Origin: the human T2T-CHM13v2.0 reference genome, Homo sapiens | Strand: one strand, 5' to 3' | DNA: 64,000 nt | Assembly (NCBI RefSeq): GCF_009914755.1 | Contig: NC_060929.1 | Shown here: positions 49,125-61,224 of the stretch, piece after piece | Numbering within the stretch: position 1 is the stretch's first letter | Layout of the letters: every line of letters begins with the position of its first letter | Notes under the pieces: generated by a model | Seen by the model: the letters and a program-made list of their open reading frames with translations, nothing else | Told to the model about the DNA's origin: nothing | Database searches by the model: none | Translations under genes and position numbers: made by a program

Positions 49125-50233
49125 CCAAGATGCTTTTCTGCTGTTTTCTTCAAGTAATTTCACAATTTCAAGTCTTACATTTAAGTCTTTTAATACATTA
49201 TGAGTTGATTTTTATATATGGTTTGAGAAATGAGTTCAATTTCATTCTTCTGTATGTAAATATCAAATTTTCTTATCACCATTTATTGAAGACACTATCC
49301 TACCCCGATTGAGCTTTCTTGGCACCTTTGTTGAAGATCAATTTATAGTAAATGTGAAGACTTATTTTTGGACTTTCTGTTCAGTTCTATTGCTCTATAT
49401 GTGTGTATTTATGCTAGTACCATACTGTTTTGATTAGTGTAGCTTTGTAGCACATTTTGAAATCAGGTGGTGTGATGCCTCCAGCTTTCTTTTTGATCAA
49501 GATTGCATTGCTTATTTAGGGTCTTTTCTGTATGAAGTTTAGGATTATTTTTTCTATTATTGTGAAAAGTGCCATTGAAATTATAATAGGAATTGCATTG
49601 ATTCAGTAGATTGCTTTGGGTACTGTAGACATTTTAACAATATTTATTCTTCTAATATATGCATATAAAATATTTCATTAATTTTATCTTCTTTAATTTC
49701 TTTTATCAATGTTTTATAGTTTGCAGTGTATAGGTCATTCACTTTCTTGGTTAGATTTATTCTTAGGTATTTTAGTGTTATTGTAAATAGAATTATTTTC
49801 TTAATTTATTTTTTGGATAGTTCATTGTTATTGTATTAAAATGCAACCAATTTTTGTATGTTAATTTTGATCTTGCAACTTTACTGAATTTGATTAGTTC
49901 TCACAGTTTTTTTGGTAGAGTCTTCAGGGTTTTCTATATATAAGATCATGTCATCTGCAGAGATAATTTTATTTCTTCTTTTTTGGCTTGGAGGCCCTCT
50001 TTTTTTTTTTTCTTGTCTAATTGTTCTGAATAGAACTTTCAGAACTATGTTGAATAGAATTGGTAAGAAATGGCTTCCTTGTCTTGTTTCTGATCTTAGA
50101 AGAAAAGTTTTCAGCTTTTCATTGTTGACTCTGCTAATAACTGTGGGTTGTCATAAATGACCTTTATGATTTTGAGATATATTTCATTTATACCAAATTT
50201 TTGAGAATTATTATCATGAAAAGAATTTTGTCA
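49125..50233 (-). mobile_element. Old L1M (L1MA/L1MB era) ORF2, segment left of the L1PA insertion
   Basis: caccatttattgaagacactatcc...tgtgatgcctccagcttt...ttttctatatataagatcatgtcatctgca. Confidence 0.9.
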
Positions 50234-50426
50234 GGGGAATCCAGCCAGGAACTCAGGCATTGGGTGGTTACTTTTTAAAGCTCTCAGTGAACAAATACTC
50301 TTGCCACCCACCAATCTCTGGTAGCCACTGACCATGTGAAATGGTTTTTATAACCTTTACCCTTCAAGATCCCCCTGAATTTACCAGCATCATCTTGACT
50401 TGGTAGTTGGTTAAAATAGGATGATA
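50234..50426 (+). other. Non-L1 sequence enclosed by the L1 TSDs (candidate 5' transduction)
   Basis: Lies between the left TSD (50219-50233) and the L1 5'UTR start ggaggcagggccaag; ends in tt/aaaataggatgata. Confidence 0.7.
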
Positions 50427-51562
50427 GGAGGCAGGGCCAAGAGGGCCAACTAGAAGGAGTGGTGATCAGAGGCCCCCACTGCAAAGACCCAAAACAGTGT
50501 GTGAATCTGGCACTGGCAACTGAGGTATCCAGGTTCTGTCATTAGGACTGACTAGGCAGGTGGTATGACCAACAGAGAGGTAAGAAGAGCAGTGTGGTGT
50601 GGCGGCCCACCTGAGGGCCACAAGGGGCAAGGAGCCCCCACCTCCACCCAAGGGAATCAGCAAGTGAGAGCGTTACTCAACCTGGGAAATCATGCTTTTT
50701 CCATGGAACTGCGTAACCCATGGATTGGAAAATCCCACTTGGGAGCCCACACTGCCTGGGCCTTGGGCCCCAACCATGGAGCTGTGCAGATTCTCAAAAC
50801 CCTCTTGGCTAGAATTGGCCAAAGCCTGCCTAGTTCCCTGTGGGAGAGGATGGGGGGGTGGAGGTTGGGGGTGCTGCCATCACCACTGCTGCGGCTGCCT
50901 GTGTTGTAAGCCACAGGTCTGAGCTCCTTGAGGGAGGTGTGGCAGCCAACACTGTGGCTGCAGGGCCTCCCTGTAGGAACTCCAACTCCAGCTAGGGGCT
51001 CGGGGACAGAACTCTGATCTCCCTGGGCCTGAGCCCGTAGCGGGAGGGGTGGCCATAGTCTCCAGAAATCAGCAGACTTAGTCTTTCCTGCTGCTAGCTC
51101 TGAGGAATCCAGGCAGCCCAGATGAATGGGTTTTCCCTGAGTGCATTGCATTCACTCCACCAAGGGACAGCCAAAGTGCCTCATTAAATGAGTCCAGCTT
51201 CCTGTGTCACCCAGCTAGGTGAGATCCCCCAACAGGGGTTATCAGACATCCTAAACAGGAGCATTCCTATTGGCATCAGGTTGGTGCCCCTTGAGGTCAG
51301 AGATCCCAGATGAAGGAGCAAACATCCATGTTTGTTGTTCTCCAGCCTCCTCGAGTGACATCTCCAGGTACAGGAGTGAACCAGATGAACAGGGCCAGAA
51401 GTGAACCCCCAGCAAACCGCAGCAGCCATACAGAAGAGGGACCTGACTATTGAAAGAAAAACAAACAAACTGAAAGCAACAACAACAGCATCAACAAAAA
51501 AGGTCCCCCTAAAAACCTCATCCAAGGGTCAGTAGGCTCAAAGATCAAAACTAAGCAAACTC

Positions 51563-52592
51563 ATGAAAATAGGAAAGAATCTACAAAAAAATGCTGAAAA
51601 CCCAAAAGGTCAGAGTGCCTCTTCCCTTCAAAATGATCACAACACATCTCCAGCAAGCGTGCAGAACTGGACAGAGGATAACATGGATGAATTGACAGAA
51701 GTAGATTTCAGAAGGTGGGTAATGACAAACCCTTAATGACCTTAGCTGAGGTAAGAAAAAGCATGTTCTAACCCAATGCAAAGAAGCTAAGAACGTTGAT
51801 AAAAGGTTACTGGAGCTGCTAACTAGAATAACCAGTTTAGAGAGGAACATAAATGACCTGATGGAGCTGAAAATGCAGTACAAGAACTTTCTGAAGCATA
51901 CACAAATATCAACAGTCAAATCAGTCAAGAGAAACAAACAGTATAAGAGCTGGAAGACTATCTTGGTGAAATACGACAGGCAGACAAGATTAGAGAAAAA
52001 AGAATGAAAAGGAATGAACAAAACCTCGAAGAAATATAGGACTATGTAGAAAGACCAAACCTACGACTGATTGGAGTACCTGAAAGAGATGAAGAGAATA
52101 GATCCAAGTTGGAAAAACAAGCTTCAGGATATTATCCAGAAGAACTTCCCCAACCTAGCAACACAGGCCAACTTGAAATTCAGGAAATACAGAGAACCCC
52201 ACTAATATATTTCACAATAAGTTCAACCCCAACAGATTCTCCAAGGTTGAAACAAAGGAAAAAATGTTAAGGGCAATCAGAGAGAAAGGCCAGGTCACCT
52301 ACAAAAAGAAGCCCATCAGACTAACAGTGGATCTCTCAGCAGAAACCCTGAAAGCCAGAAGAGAGTGGGGGCCAATATTCAACACTCTTAAGGAAAAGAA
52401 TTTTCAACCCAGAATATCATATCCAGCCAAACTAAGCTTCATAAACGCCGGCAAAATAAAATCCTTTTCAGACAAGCAAATGCTGAGGGAATTTGTCACA
52501 ACCAGTCCTGCCTTGTAAGAGCTCCTGAAGGAAGCACTAAATATGGAAGGAAAGAACCATTGTAAGCCACTGCAAAACATATGAAAATATAA
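51563..52592 (+). pseudogene. L1 ORF1, disrupted
   Basis: Fragment MLRAIREKGQVTYKKKPIRLTVDLSAETLKARREWGPIFNTLKEKNFQPRISYPAKLSF; multiple stops and frameshifts. Confidence 0.9.
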
Positions 52593-52655
52593 AGATCAAT
52601 GATACAATGAAGAAATGACATCAACGAGTGTACAAAATAACCAGCTGACATCATA

Positions 52656-55600
52656 ATAACAGGATCAAATTCACACATAACAATATTAACCTTAAATATA
52701 AATGGGCTAACTGCCCCCAATGAAAAGACACACACTGACAAATTGGATAGTCAAGACCCATTGGTGTGCTGTATTCAGGAGACCCATCTCACATGGAAAG
52801 ACACACATAGGCTCAAAACAAAGGGATGGAGGAAAATTTACCAAGCAAATGGAAAGGAGAAAAAAGCAGGGGTTGCAATCCTAGTCTCTGACAAAACAGA
52901 CTTTAAGCCAATAAAGATAAGAAAAAAACAAAGAAAGACATTGCATAATGGTAAAGGGATCAATTCAATAAGAATAGCTAAGTATTCTAAATATATATGC
53001 ACTCAATACAGGAGCACCCAGATTCATGAAACAAGTTCTTAGAGACCGACAAAGGGACTTAGACTCCCACAGAATAGTAGTGAGAGACTTTAACACCCCA
53101 CTGTCAAGATTAGACAGATCAATGAGACAGAAAATTAACAAGGATATTCATAACTTGAACTCAGCTCTGGATCAAGTGGACCTAGTAGATATCTCCCTAA
53201 CTCTCCACACCAAAACAACAGATTATACATTCTTCTCAGTGCCATGTGGCACTTACTTTAAAACTGATCACATAATTGGAAGTAAAACACTCCTCAGCAA
53301 ATGCATAAGAATGGAAATCATAACAGTCTTTCAGACCACAGTGCAATCAAATTAGAACTCAGGATTAAGAAACTCACTCAAAACCACACAACTAGGTGGA
53401 ACCTGAACAACCTGCTCCTGAATGACTCCTGAGTATATAATGAAATTAAGGCAGTAATCTAGAAGTTCTTTGAAACCAGTGAGAGCAAAGATACAATGTA
53501 CCAGAGTTTCTGGGATGCAGCTAAAGCAGTGTTAAGAGGGAAATTTATAGCACTAAATGCCCACATCAGAAAGCTAGAAAGATTCAAATCAGCACCCTAC
53601 CATCACAATTAAAAGAACTAGAGAAGTGAGAGCAAACAAATCCAAAAGCTAGCAGAAGACAAGAAATCACTAAGATCAGAGTGGAACTGAAGGAGATAGA
53701 GACATGAAAAAGCCTTCAAAAAATCAATGAGTCCAGGAGTTGTTTTTTAAAAAAAATTAATAAAATAGACCACTAGCTAGACTAATAAAGAATAAAAGAA
53801 AGAAGAATCAAATAGATACCATAAAATGATAAAGGGGATATCACCATTGACCCCACAGAAATTCAAACAACCATCAGAGAACACTATAAACACCTCTACA
53901 TAAATAAACTAGAAAATCTAGAAGAAATGGATAAATTCATGGACGTATACACCCTTCCAAGACCAAACCAGGAAGTAGTCAAATCCCTGAATAGACCAAT
54001 AACAAGTTCTGAAATTGAGACAGTAATAAATATCCCACAAACCAAAAATGCCCAAGACCAGACAGATTCACAGCCAAATTCTACCAGAGCTACAAACAGG
54101 AACTGGTACCATCCCTTCAGAAACCTTTCCAATTCCCTCCCTAACTCATTTCATGAGGCCAGCATCATCCTGATACCAAATCCTGGAAGAGACACAACAA
54201 AAAAAGAAAACTTCAGGCCAATATCCCTGATGAACATCAATGGGAAAATCTTCAATAAAACACTGGAAAAACGAATCCAGCAGCATATCAAAAAGCTTAT
54301 CCACCATGATCAAGTTGGCTTCATCCCTGGGATGCAAGGCTTGCTCAATATACACGAATCAATAAATGTAATCCATCACATATAGAGAACCAATTACAAA
54401 AACCACATGATGATCTCAATAGAGACAGAAAAGGCCTTCAGTAAAATTCAACCTCCCTTCATGATAAAAATTCAATAAACTTGGTATCGATGGAACTTAT
54501 CTCAAAATAATAAGAGCTATTTATGGCAAACCCACAGCCAATATCATACTGAATGGGCAAAAGCTGGAAGCATTCCCTTTGAAAACCAGCACAAGACAAG
54601 GATGCCGTCTCTTACCACTCCTATTCAACTTAGTATTGAAAGTTCTGGCTAGGGTAATCAGGCAAGAGAAAGAAATAAAGACTTCAAATAGGAAGAGAGG
54701 AAGTCAAATTGTCTCTATTTGCAGATGACATGATCCTGTATTTAGAAAACCTCATCGTCTCAGCTCCAAAACTCACTAAGCTGATAAGCAACTTTTACAA
54801 AGTCTCAGGATACAAAATCAATGTGCAAAAATCACAAACATTCCTGTACACCAACAATAGACAAGCAGAGGGCCAAATCACGAATGAACCCCATTCACAA
54901 ACAGAGCAAAATACCTAGGAATACAGCTAACAAGGGATGTGAAGGACCTCTTCAAAGAGAACTACAAACCACTGCTCAAGGAAATAATAGAGGACATAGA
55001 CAAATGGAAAAACATTCCATCCTCTTTGATAGAAAGAATCAATATCATGAAAATGGCCATACTGCCCAAAGCAATTAATAGATTCAATGCTATTCCCATC
55101 AAACTACAATGTCATTCTTCACAGAATTAGAAAAAACTAGTTTAAATTTCATATGGAACCAAAAAAGAACCCACATAGCCAAGACAATCCTAAGGAAAAA
55201 AAAAAAAAAGCTGGAGGTATCATGCTACCTGACTTCAAACTATACTACACGTCTACAGTAAACAAAACAGCATGGTACTGGTACCAAAACAGATATACAG
55301 AACAATAGAACAGAATAGAGACCTCAGAATTAAGTTCACACATCTACAACCATCTGATTTTCTACAAACCTGACAAAAACAAGCCACAAGGAAAAGATTT
55401 TCTATTTAATAAATGGTGCTAGGAAAACCAGCTAGCCATATGCAGAAAACTGCAAATGGACACCTTCCTTACGCCTTATACAAAAATTAACTCAAGATCA
55501 ATTAAAGACTTAAATATAAAACCCCAAACCTTAAAAACCCTAGAAAAAAATCCTAGGCAATACCATTTAGGACATAGGCATGGGCAAAGATTTTTTGATT

Positions 55601-56420
55601 AAATCAGCAAAAGCAATTGCAACAAAAGCTAAAATTAACAAATGGGATCTAATTAAACTAAAAAGCTTCTGCGCAACAAAAGAAACTATCATCAGACCAA
55701 ACACGTGACCTATAGAATGGGAGAAAATTTTTGCAGTCTACCCATCTGACAAAGGTCTAATATCTAGAATGTACAAGGAACTTAAGAAAATTTACAAGAA
55801 AAAAAAAACCATCAAAAAGTGGGCAAATAATATGAACAAACACTTCTCAAAACAAGAGGTTCATGTGGCCAAGAAACATATGAAAAAAAAGCTCAACATC
55901 ACTTATCACTAGAGAAATGCAAATCAAAACCACAATGAGATACCATCTCATGCCAGTCAGAAAGGTGATTATTAAAAAGTCAAGAAACAACAGGTGCTAG
56001 TGAGGCTGTGGAGAAATAGGAAAGATTTTACATTGTTGATGAGAATGTAAATTAGTTCAACCGTTGTGGAAGACACTGTGGTGATTCCTCAATGATCCAG
56101 AACCAGAAATACCATTTGAACCAAAAATCCCATTACTGAGTATATACCCAAAGGAATATAAATAATTCTATTATAAAGCTACATGCACACACAAGTTTAT
56201 TTCAGCACTATTCACAATAGCAAATACATGGAACCAACCCAAATGCCCATCAATGATAGACTGGATAAAGAAAATGTGGTACGTATACACCAAGAAATAC
56301 TATGCAGTCACAAAAAGGAATGAGATCATGTCCTTTGCAGGGACATGGATGAAGCTGGAAACCATCATCTTAAGCAAACTAACACAAACACCACATGTTC
56401 TCATTCATAAGTGGGAGTGG
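52656..56420 (+). pseudogene. L1 ORF2 (endonuclease/reverse transcriptase), disrupted, start codon mutated to ATA
   Basis: CCIQETHL (EN), [35 protein letters not shown] (RT), DWIKKMW fragments in different frames. Confidence 0.93.
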
Positions 56421-58662
56421 AACAATGAGAACACATGGACACAGGGAGGGGAGCAACACACCAGCTCCTGTTGTTGGACGGCGGGGAGCTGAGGGGAGAG
56501 ACAGCATCGGGACAAATAGCTAATGCATGCTGGACTTAAAACTTAGGTGACAGGTTGATAGGTGCAGCAAACCACTATGGCACACATGTACCTATGTAAC
56601 AAACCCACATGTTCTGCACATGTATCCCAGCACTTAAAGTAAAAAAAAAAAAGAATTTTGTCACATGCTTTTTCTTCATCTGTTGAGATGATCATATTGT
56701 TTTTACCCTTCATTTTTGTTAATATGGTGTATAACATTTATTGATTTATGTATGTTGAATTATTCTTGCATCCCAGGGGAAAATTCCATTTGATCATGAT
56801 GTATGATCCTTTTAATGTGCTGTTGAATTCAGTTTATTAGTATCTTGTTGAAGATTTTCGCATGTGTGTTAATTAGGGATATTAGACTCAAATTTTTTTT
56901 CTTATATTGTCCTTATCTAAGTTTGATATCGTGTAAAATTAGTTTGTAAAACGAGTTTGGAAGTGTTTCCTCATTTTCAATCTTCTGGAAGAGTTTGAGA
57001 AGGATTGGAATTAATTCTTCTTTGAATATGTGTAGAATTTGCCAAAGATGCCACAAGATTAAGGGGTTTCCTTGATGGGAGGTTTTTGATTAATGATTAA
57101 ATCTCTGAACAGGCCATTATTGGTCTGTTCAGATTTCCTATTTCTAATGATTAAGCCTTGATAGTTTGTATGTTTGCAGGAATTTGTCAAATTTTTGTAT
57201 GTTTTCCAATTTGTTGGCATATAATTGCTTTTGCAGTCTTGTAATTCTTTGTATTTTTGTGATATTGTGTTCTTCTTTTATTTCTTATTTTATTTCTTTG
57301 AGTCTTCTCTCAACTCTTAGTTTCATTTATCTTTTCCAATCTTTTTCTAGTTTCCATTTCATTTTACTTCTGGGATGATCTTTATTATTTTCTTCTATCT
57401 GCTAACATTGGGCTTAGTTTGTTCTCATTTTTCAAGTTCTTTGAGTTGTAAAATCAGGCTGTTTACTAGAGAGCTTTCTTTTTTTAATTCACGTGTATAT
57501 CTCTATAAATTTTCATCTTAGAAATAATTCTGCTGTATCCCATAAATTTTCATATGTAGTTTCTATTTTTATTTGCCTCAAGGCATTTGTTAGCTTCACT
57601 TGATTTCTTTGACTCATTTGTGGTTGTGTGTTGGTAAATTTCCATATATTTGCTAATTTTCTCATTTTTGTCCTTTTATTGATTTCTGGCTTTATCCTGA
57701 GAAAATATACTTTATATGATGTTTTATGATCTAACATATGATATATTTTGGAAAATACACCATGAGTGCTAGAGAAGAATGTGTATTCTGCTGTGATTGG
57801 AAAGAATGGCTTGTATATGTCTGTTGCTTCCATTTGGCCTACAGTTTTGTTCAAGTGCACTGTTTACTTACTGATTTTCTATCTGTGTGATCTATTTCTT
57901 GTTGAAAGTAGGGTATTAAAGCCCCCATACAATTTTCTTTTGCTGACCATTTCTTTCTTCATTTCTCTTAATATTTGATTTTTACATTCAGGTGTTTTCC
58001 AATAATGGCTGCATATTTATTTAAATATGTGATATCTTCTTGATGAATTTATCCTTTTATTATTATATAATGACCCTTTTTTGTCTCTTGTGGCAGTTTC
58101 TGACTTAAAGTTTATTTTATCTGATATAAATATAGCCACCCCTGCTCTCCTTTGGTTATCATTTGCACAGAATATTTCTTTCCATACATTTATTTTTAGC
58201 TATATGTATCTTTAAAGCTAAAGTGAATTTCTTGTAAGCAGCATATACCTGGATCTGTTTTTTTATTCCTGTTTATTCAGTCACTTTATGTCTTTTGATT
58301 TACATTTACAACAATTATTAATAGGTAAATATTTAGGTTGCTATTATATTAATTGTTTTCAAACTGTTTTGTTGTATCTCTGTTTCTCTCTTACTGTTGT
58401 ACTTTGTGAAATGATATTTTGTTATTTTACGCTTTAATTTCTTTTGCTTTATCTCTTGTATCTCTAACAGAGCTTTTTCTTTGTTGATACTAGAGGCTTA
58501 CATAAAACATCTTATAACTGCTTATTTTAAACTGATAACAATCTAACTTCAATTTTATACAAAACTGTAAACTTTAATTTCTCCTTCTCCTACATTTTAT
58601 GTTATTGATGCTACAATTCACATTTTTTACATTGTACATCCATTAAGAAATTATTTTAGATA

Positions 58663-58958
58663 TTTTTTATTTTAAAATATTTGATTGACAAATAAATATT
58701 TTATATATTTAAGGTGTACAATGTGATAATTTGATATATGTATACATTGTGTACAGATTATCCCATTAAATTAATTAACACATTCATTATACCCATAGTT
58801 ATTACCATTTGTGTGTGTGTGTGTGTGTTGAGGACAGTTTAAATCTACTTTCTTATCAAATTTTAGGTAAACAATACGGTATTATTAACTATAGAAACCA
58901 TATTGAACATTAGATCCCCTAAAATTCATTTTATAACGGAAAGTTTGTACCCCTTTTC
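58663..58958 (-). mobile_element. L1MA (MA8/9-like) 3' end nested in the old L1M, with (TG)n
   Basis: attgacaaataaa...tatttaaggtgtacaatgtgat...gaaagtttgtacccctt. Confidence 0.85.
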
Positions 58959-60149
58959 AATACTTTTCTATTTTAACTTTTATGCTAGAGTTAAACATAA
59001 TTTGTACACCATGGTTACAGTTTTAGCCTATGCTGAATTTGACTGTAATTTTACCTTTACGGTGAGTCTTACAGAGTCCTTTTGTTTCAACTTAATGAAC
59101 TCTCTTTAGCATTTCTTATAAGTCAAATCTAGTGGTGATGAACTCCTCAACTTATGTTTGTCTGGGAAGGTCTTTACTACTACTTTATTTCTGAAGGATC
59201 ACATTGATGGATATAGTATTTTTGGTAGTCTTTTTTTCCTTGTTACTTTTAACATGTTATTCCACTATCTCCTGGCCTACAAAGTTTCTGCTGAGAAGTC
59301 CACTGATAGTGTCATAGAGCTTCCCTTGTTATATGATGAGTTACTTTTCTCTTGCTGCTTTCAAAATGTCTCTTTGTCTTAGACTTTTGAGAATTCAATT
59401 ATATTGTGACTTGATGAAGATCTCTTTTATGTTTAATCTATTTGAGGTTCTTTGGGCTTCACGGATCTGGATATTCATTTCCATCTCAAAATTTGGGAAG
59501 TTTTTTGTCATTACTTCTTTAAATAAACGTTCTATCTATTTCTCCTCCTCTGCTACTTCTGGAATTTCCATAGTGTGCAAATTAGTTCACTTGATCGTGT
59601 CCCATAAGTAACATAGGCTTTCTTCACATTTTTTTAAATTACTGTATCTATTTATTCCCCTGACAGGGCAATTTCAAATGATTTGTCTTTGAGCTCACTG
59701 ATTCTTTCTTCTGCTAAATTAAGTGTGCTATTGAAGCTCTGTATAGAATTTGTCAATTCAGTCATTGTGTTCTTCAGTTCCAAAATATCTATTTGGCTCT
59801 TTTTCACTTTCTGTCTTTTTTCTTAAATTCCCATTTTCTTCATGTATTGTTTTCCTGATTTTGTCTGGTTGTTCATCGGTATTCTCTTGTTCACTGTATT
59901 CCTTTAAGGTGACTACTTGGATTCTTTGTTTACAGATGTCCATTTCTTTAGGGTGAGTTAGTGGTGCTTTATTTTCTTTGGTGGTTCATGTTTCCCTGAT
60001 TATTTGTGATTCTTGTGGCCTTACATTTGTGTATGTACTTTTGAAGAAGTAGTTACCCTTTTCTGTCTTTACAAACTAGTTTTGGCAGGAAAGCCCTCTA
60101 GCAGTAAGCCTGCTCAGAGATTCTGGGTGAGCCTTGAGCATAAGTCGTC

Positions 60150-60620
60150 AGGGACTGGCCTAGCACTGATGACGGCTTGGTACCTGAGTCCGTGGAGATG
60201 GTCCTGGTCCTGAGTCTGTGATGGTTGGCCTGACACCTGTTTTCACTGGGTAGGGCTGGTATCTGGGTTCATGAGAGCAAGCCTCGTGCCTTGCACCATG
60301 GAGTGGGCCTGGAGCCTTGGTCCACGGACCTGGCTTGTACTACAGTGGGCTGAAGCCTGAGTCTGTATGGGTTAGCCTGGGTCTCTGGAGGCTGGCCTGT
60401 GTCTTAAGGCCATGGGGACCAGCTTGGAGCCTTGGTTCATGTGTGCTGGTCTGGGGCTGGCAGTTTCAGGAATTGGCCTGGCATTAAGCAGACCTATAGC
60501 CTGTGTTTGTGGGTGTTGTCCTAAAGCCTAAAACAAGGGACAAGCTCAAAGCCTGAGGCTGCAAGGGCTGGTCTTGCAACAGAGTCCACTAGGGTGGGAC
60601 TGGTTCTGGGGTCCATGGTA
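60150..60620 (-). repeat. Degenerate GC-rich tandem array in the old L1M 5'UTR
   Basis: Repeated ggcctggagcct(t/g)ggtccatggggac-like units. Confidence 0.7.
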
Positions 60621-60865
60621 AAGTCTGGTGCTCACTTCCCTCTCTTTCCTTCACATGGAATGTATCTCTCCTCATGCTGAGCTTGGGAGGGGGATGATAT
60701 AGGTAATGCGAAACTGTCCTTCTTATCCTATTCAATGCATCTTTTCTTGTTTTGGTTCTCTACCTAGGTGCTGTGAGCTCCCATCTGAATTATTTGACTC
60801 TTGTGAAGGTTTTTTGTGCATAGATGGTTGTTCAGATTGATGTTTCTGTGAGGAGACAAGCTCTG

Positions 60866-61224
60866 TGTATTAGTCCGTTTTCATGCTGCTGGTAAATTCA
60901 TACCCAAGACTGGGCAATTTACAAAAGAAAGAGGTTTAATGGACTCATGGTTCCGTGTGGCTGGACAGGCCTCACAATCATGACAGAAGGTGAAAGGCAT
61001 GTTTCACATGGCAGCAAACAAGAGAAGAGAGCTTGTGCAGGGAAACTCCCCTGTATAAAACCATCAGATCTCATGAGGCTTATTCACTATCAAGAGCACA
61101 GCATGGGAAAGGCTCACTCCCATGATTCAATTACCTTCCACCAGGTCCCTTCCATGACATGTGGGAATTGTGGGAGCTACAATTTAAGATGAGATTTGGG
61201 TGGGGACACAGCCAATCCATATCA
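60866..61224 (-). mobile_element. THE1B solo LTR
   Basis: tgtattagtcc...ccatatca termini; gagagcttgtgcagggaaactccc; perfect 5-bp TSD ctctg (60861-60865 / 61225-61229). Confidence 0.95.

Larger units (their letters stand above)
50427..56648 (+). mobile_element. Full-length decayed L1PA (L1P3 group, about PA8A-PA12)
   Basis: 5'UTR, ORF1, ORF2 EN/RT remnants, 3'UTR and poly(A); perfect 15-bp TSD aaaagaattttgtca at 50219-50233 and 56649-56663. Confidence 0.96.

Noticed and set aside
50565-56492. Longest ORFs in the track (100-153 aa)
   Set aside because: Fragments of the decayed L1 5'UTR, ORF1 and ORF2 or their antisense; many stops and frameshifts, so the element is not active.
60150-60620. 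Repeat array superficially like a repeat-spacer (CRISPR-type) locus
   Set aside because: Degenerate units without unique spacers, located in an old L1 5'UTR; eukaryotic context with no cas genes.
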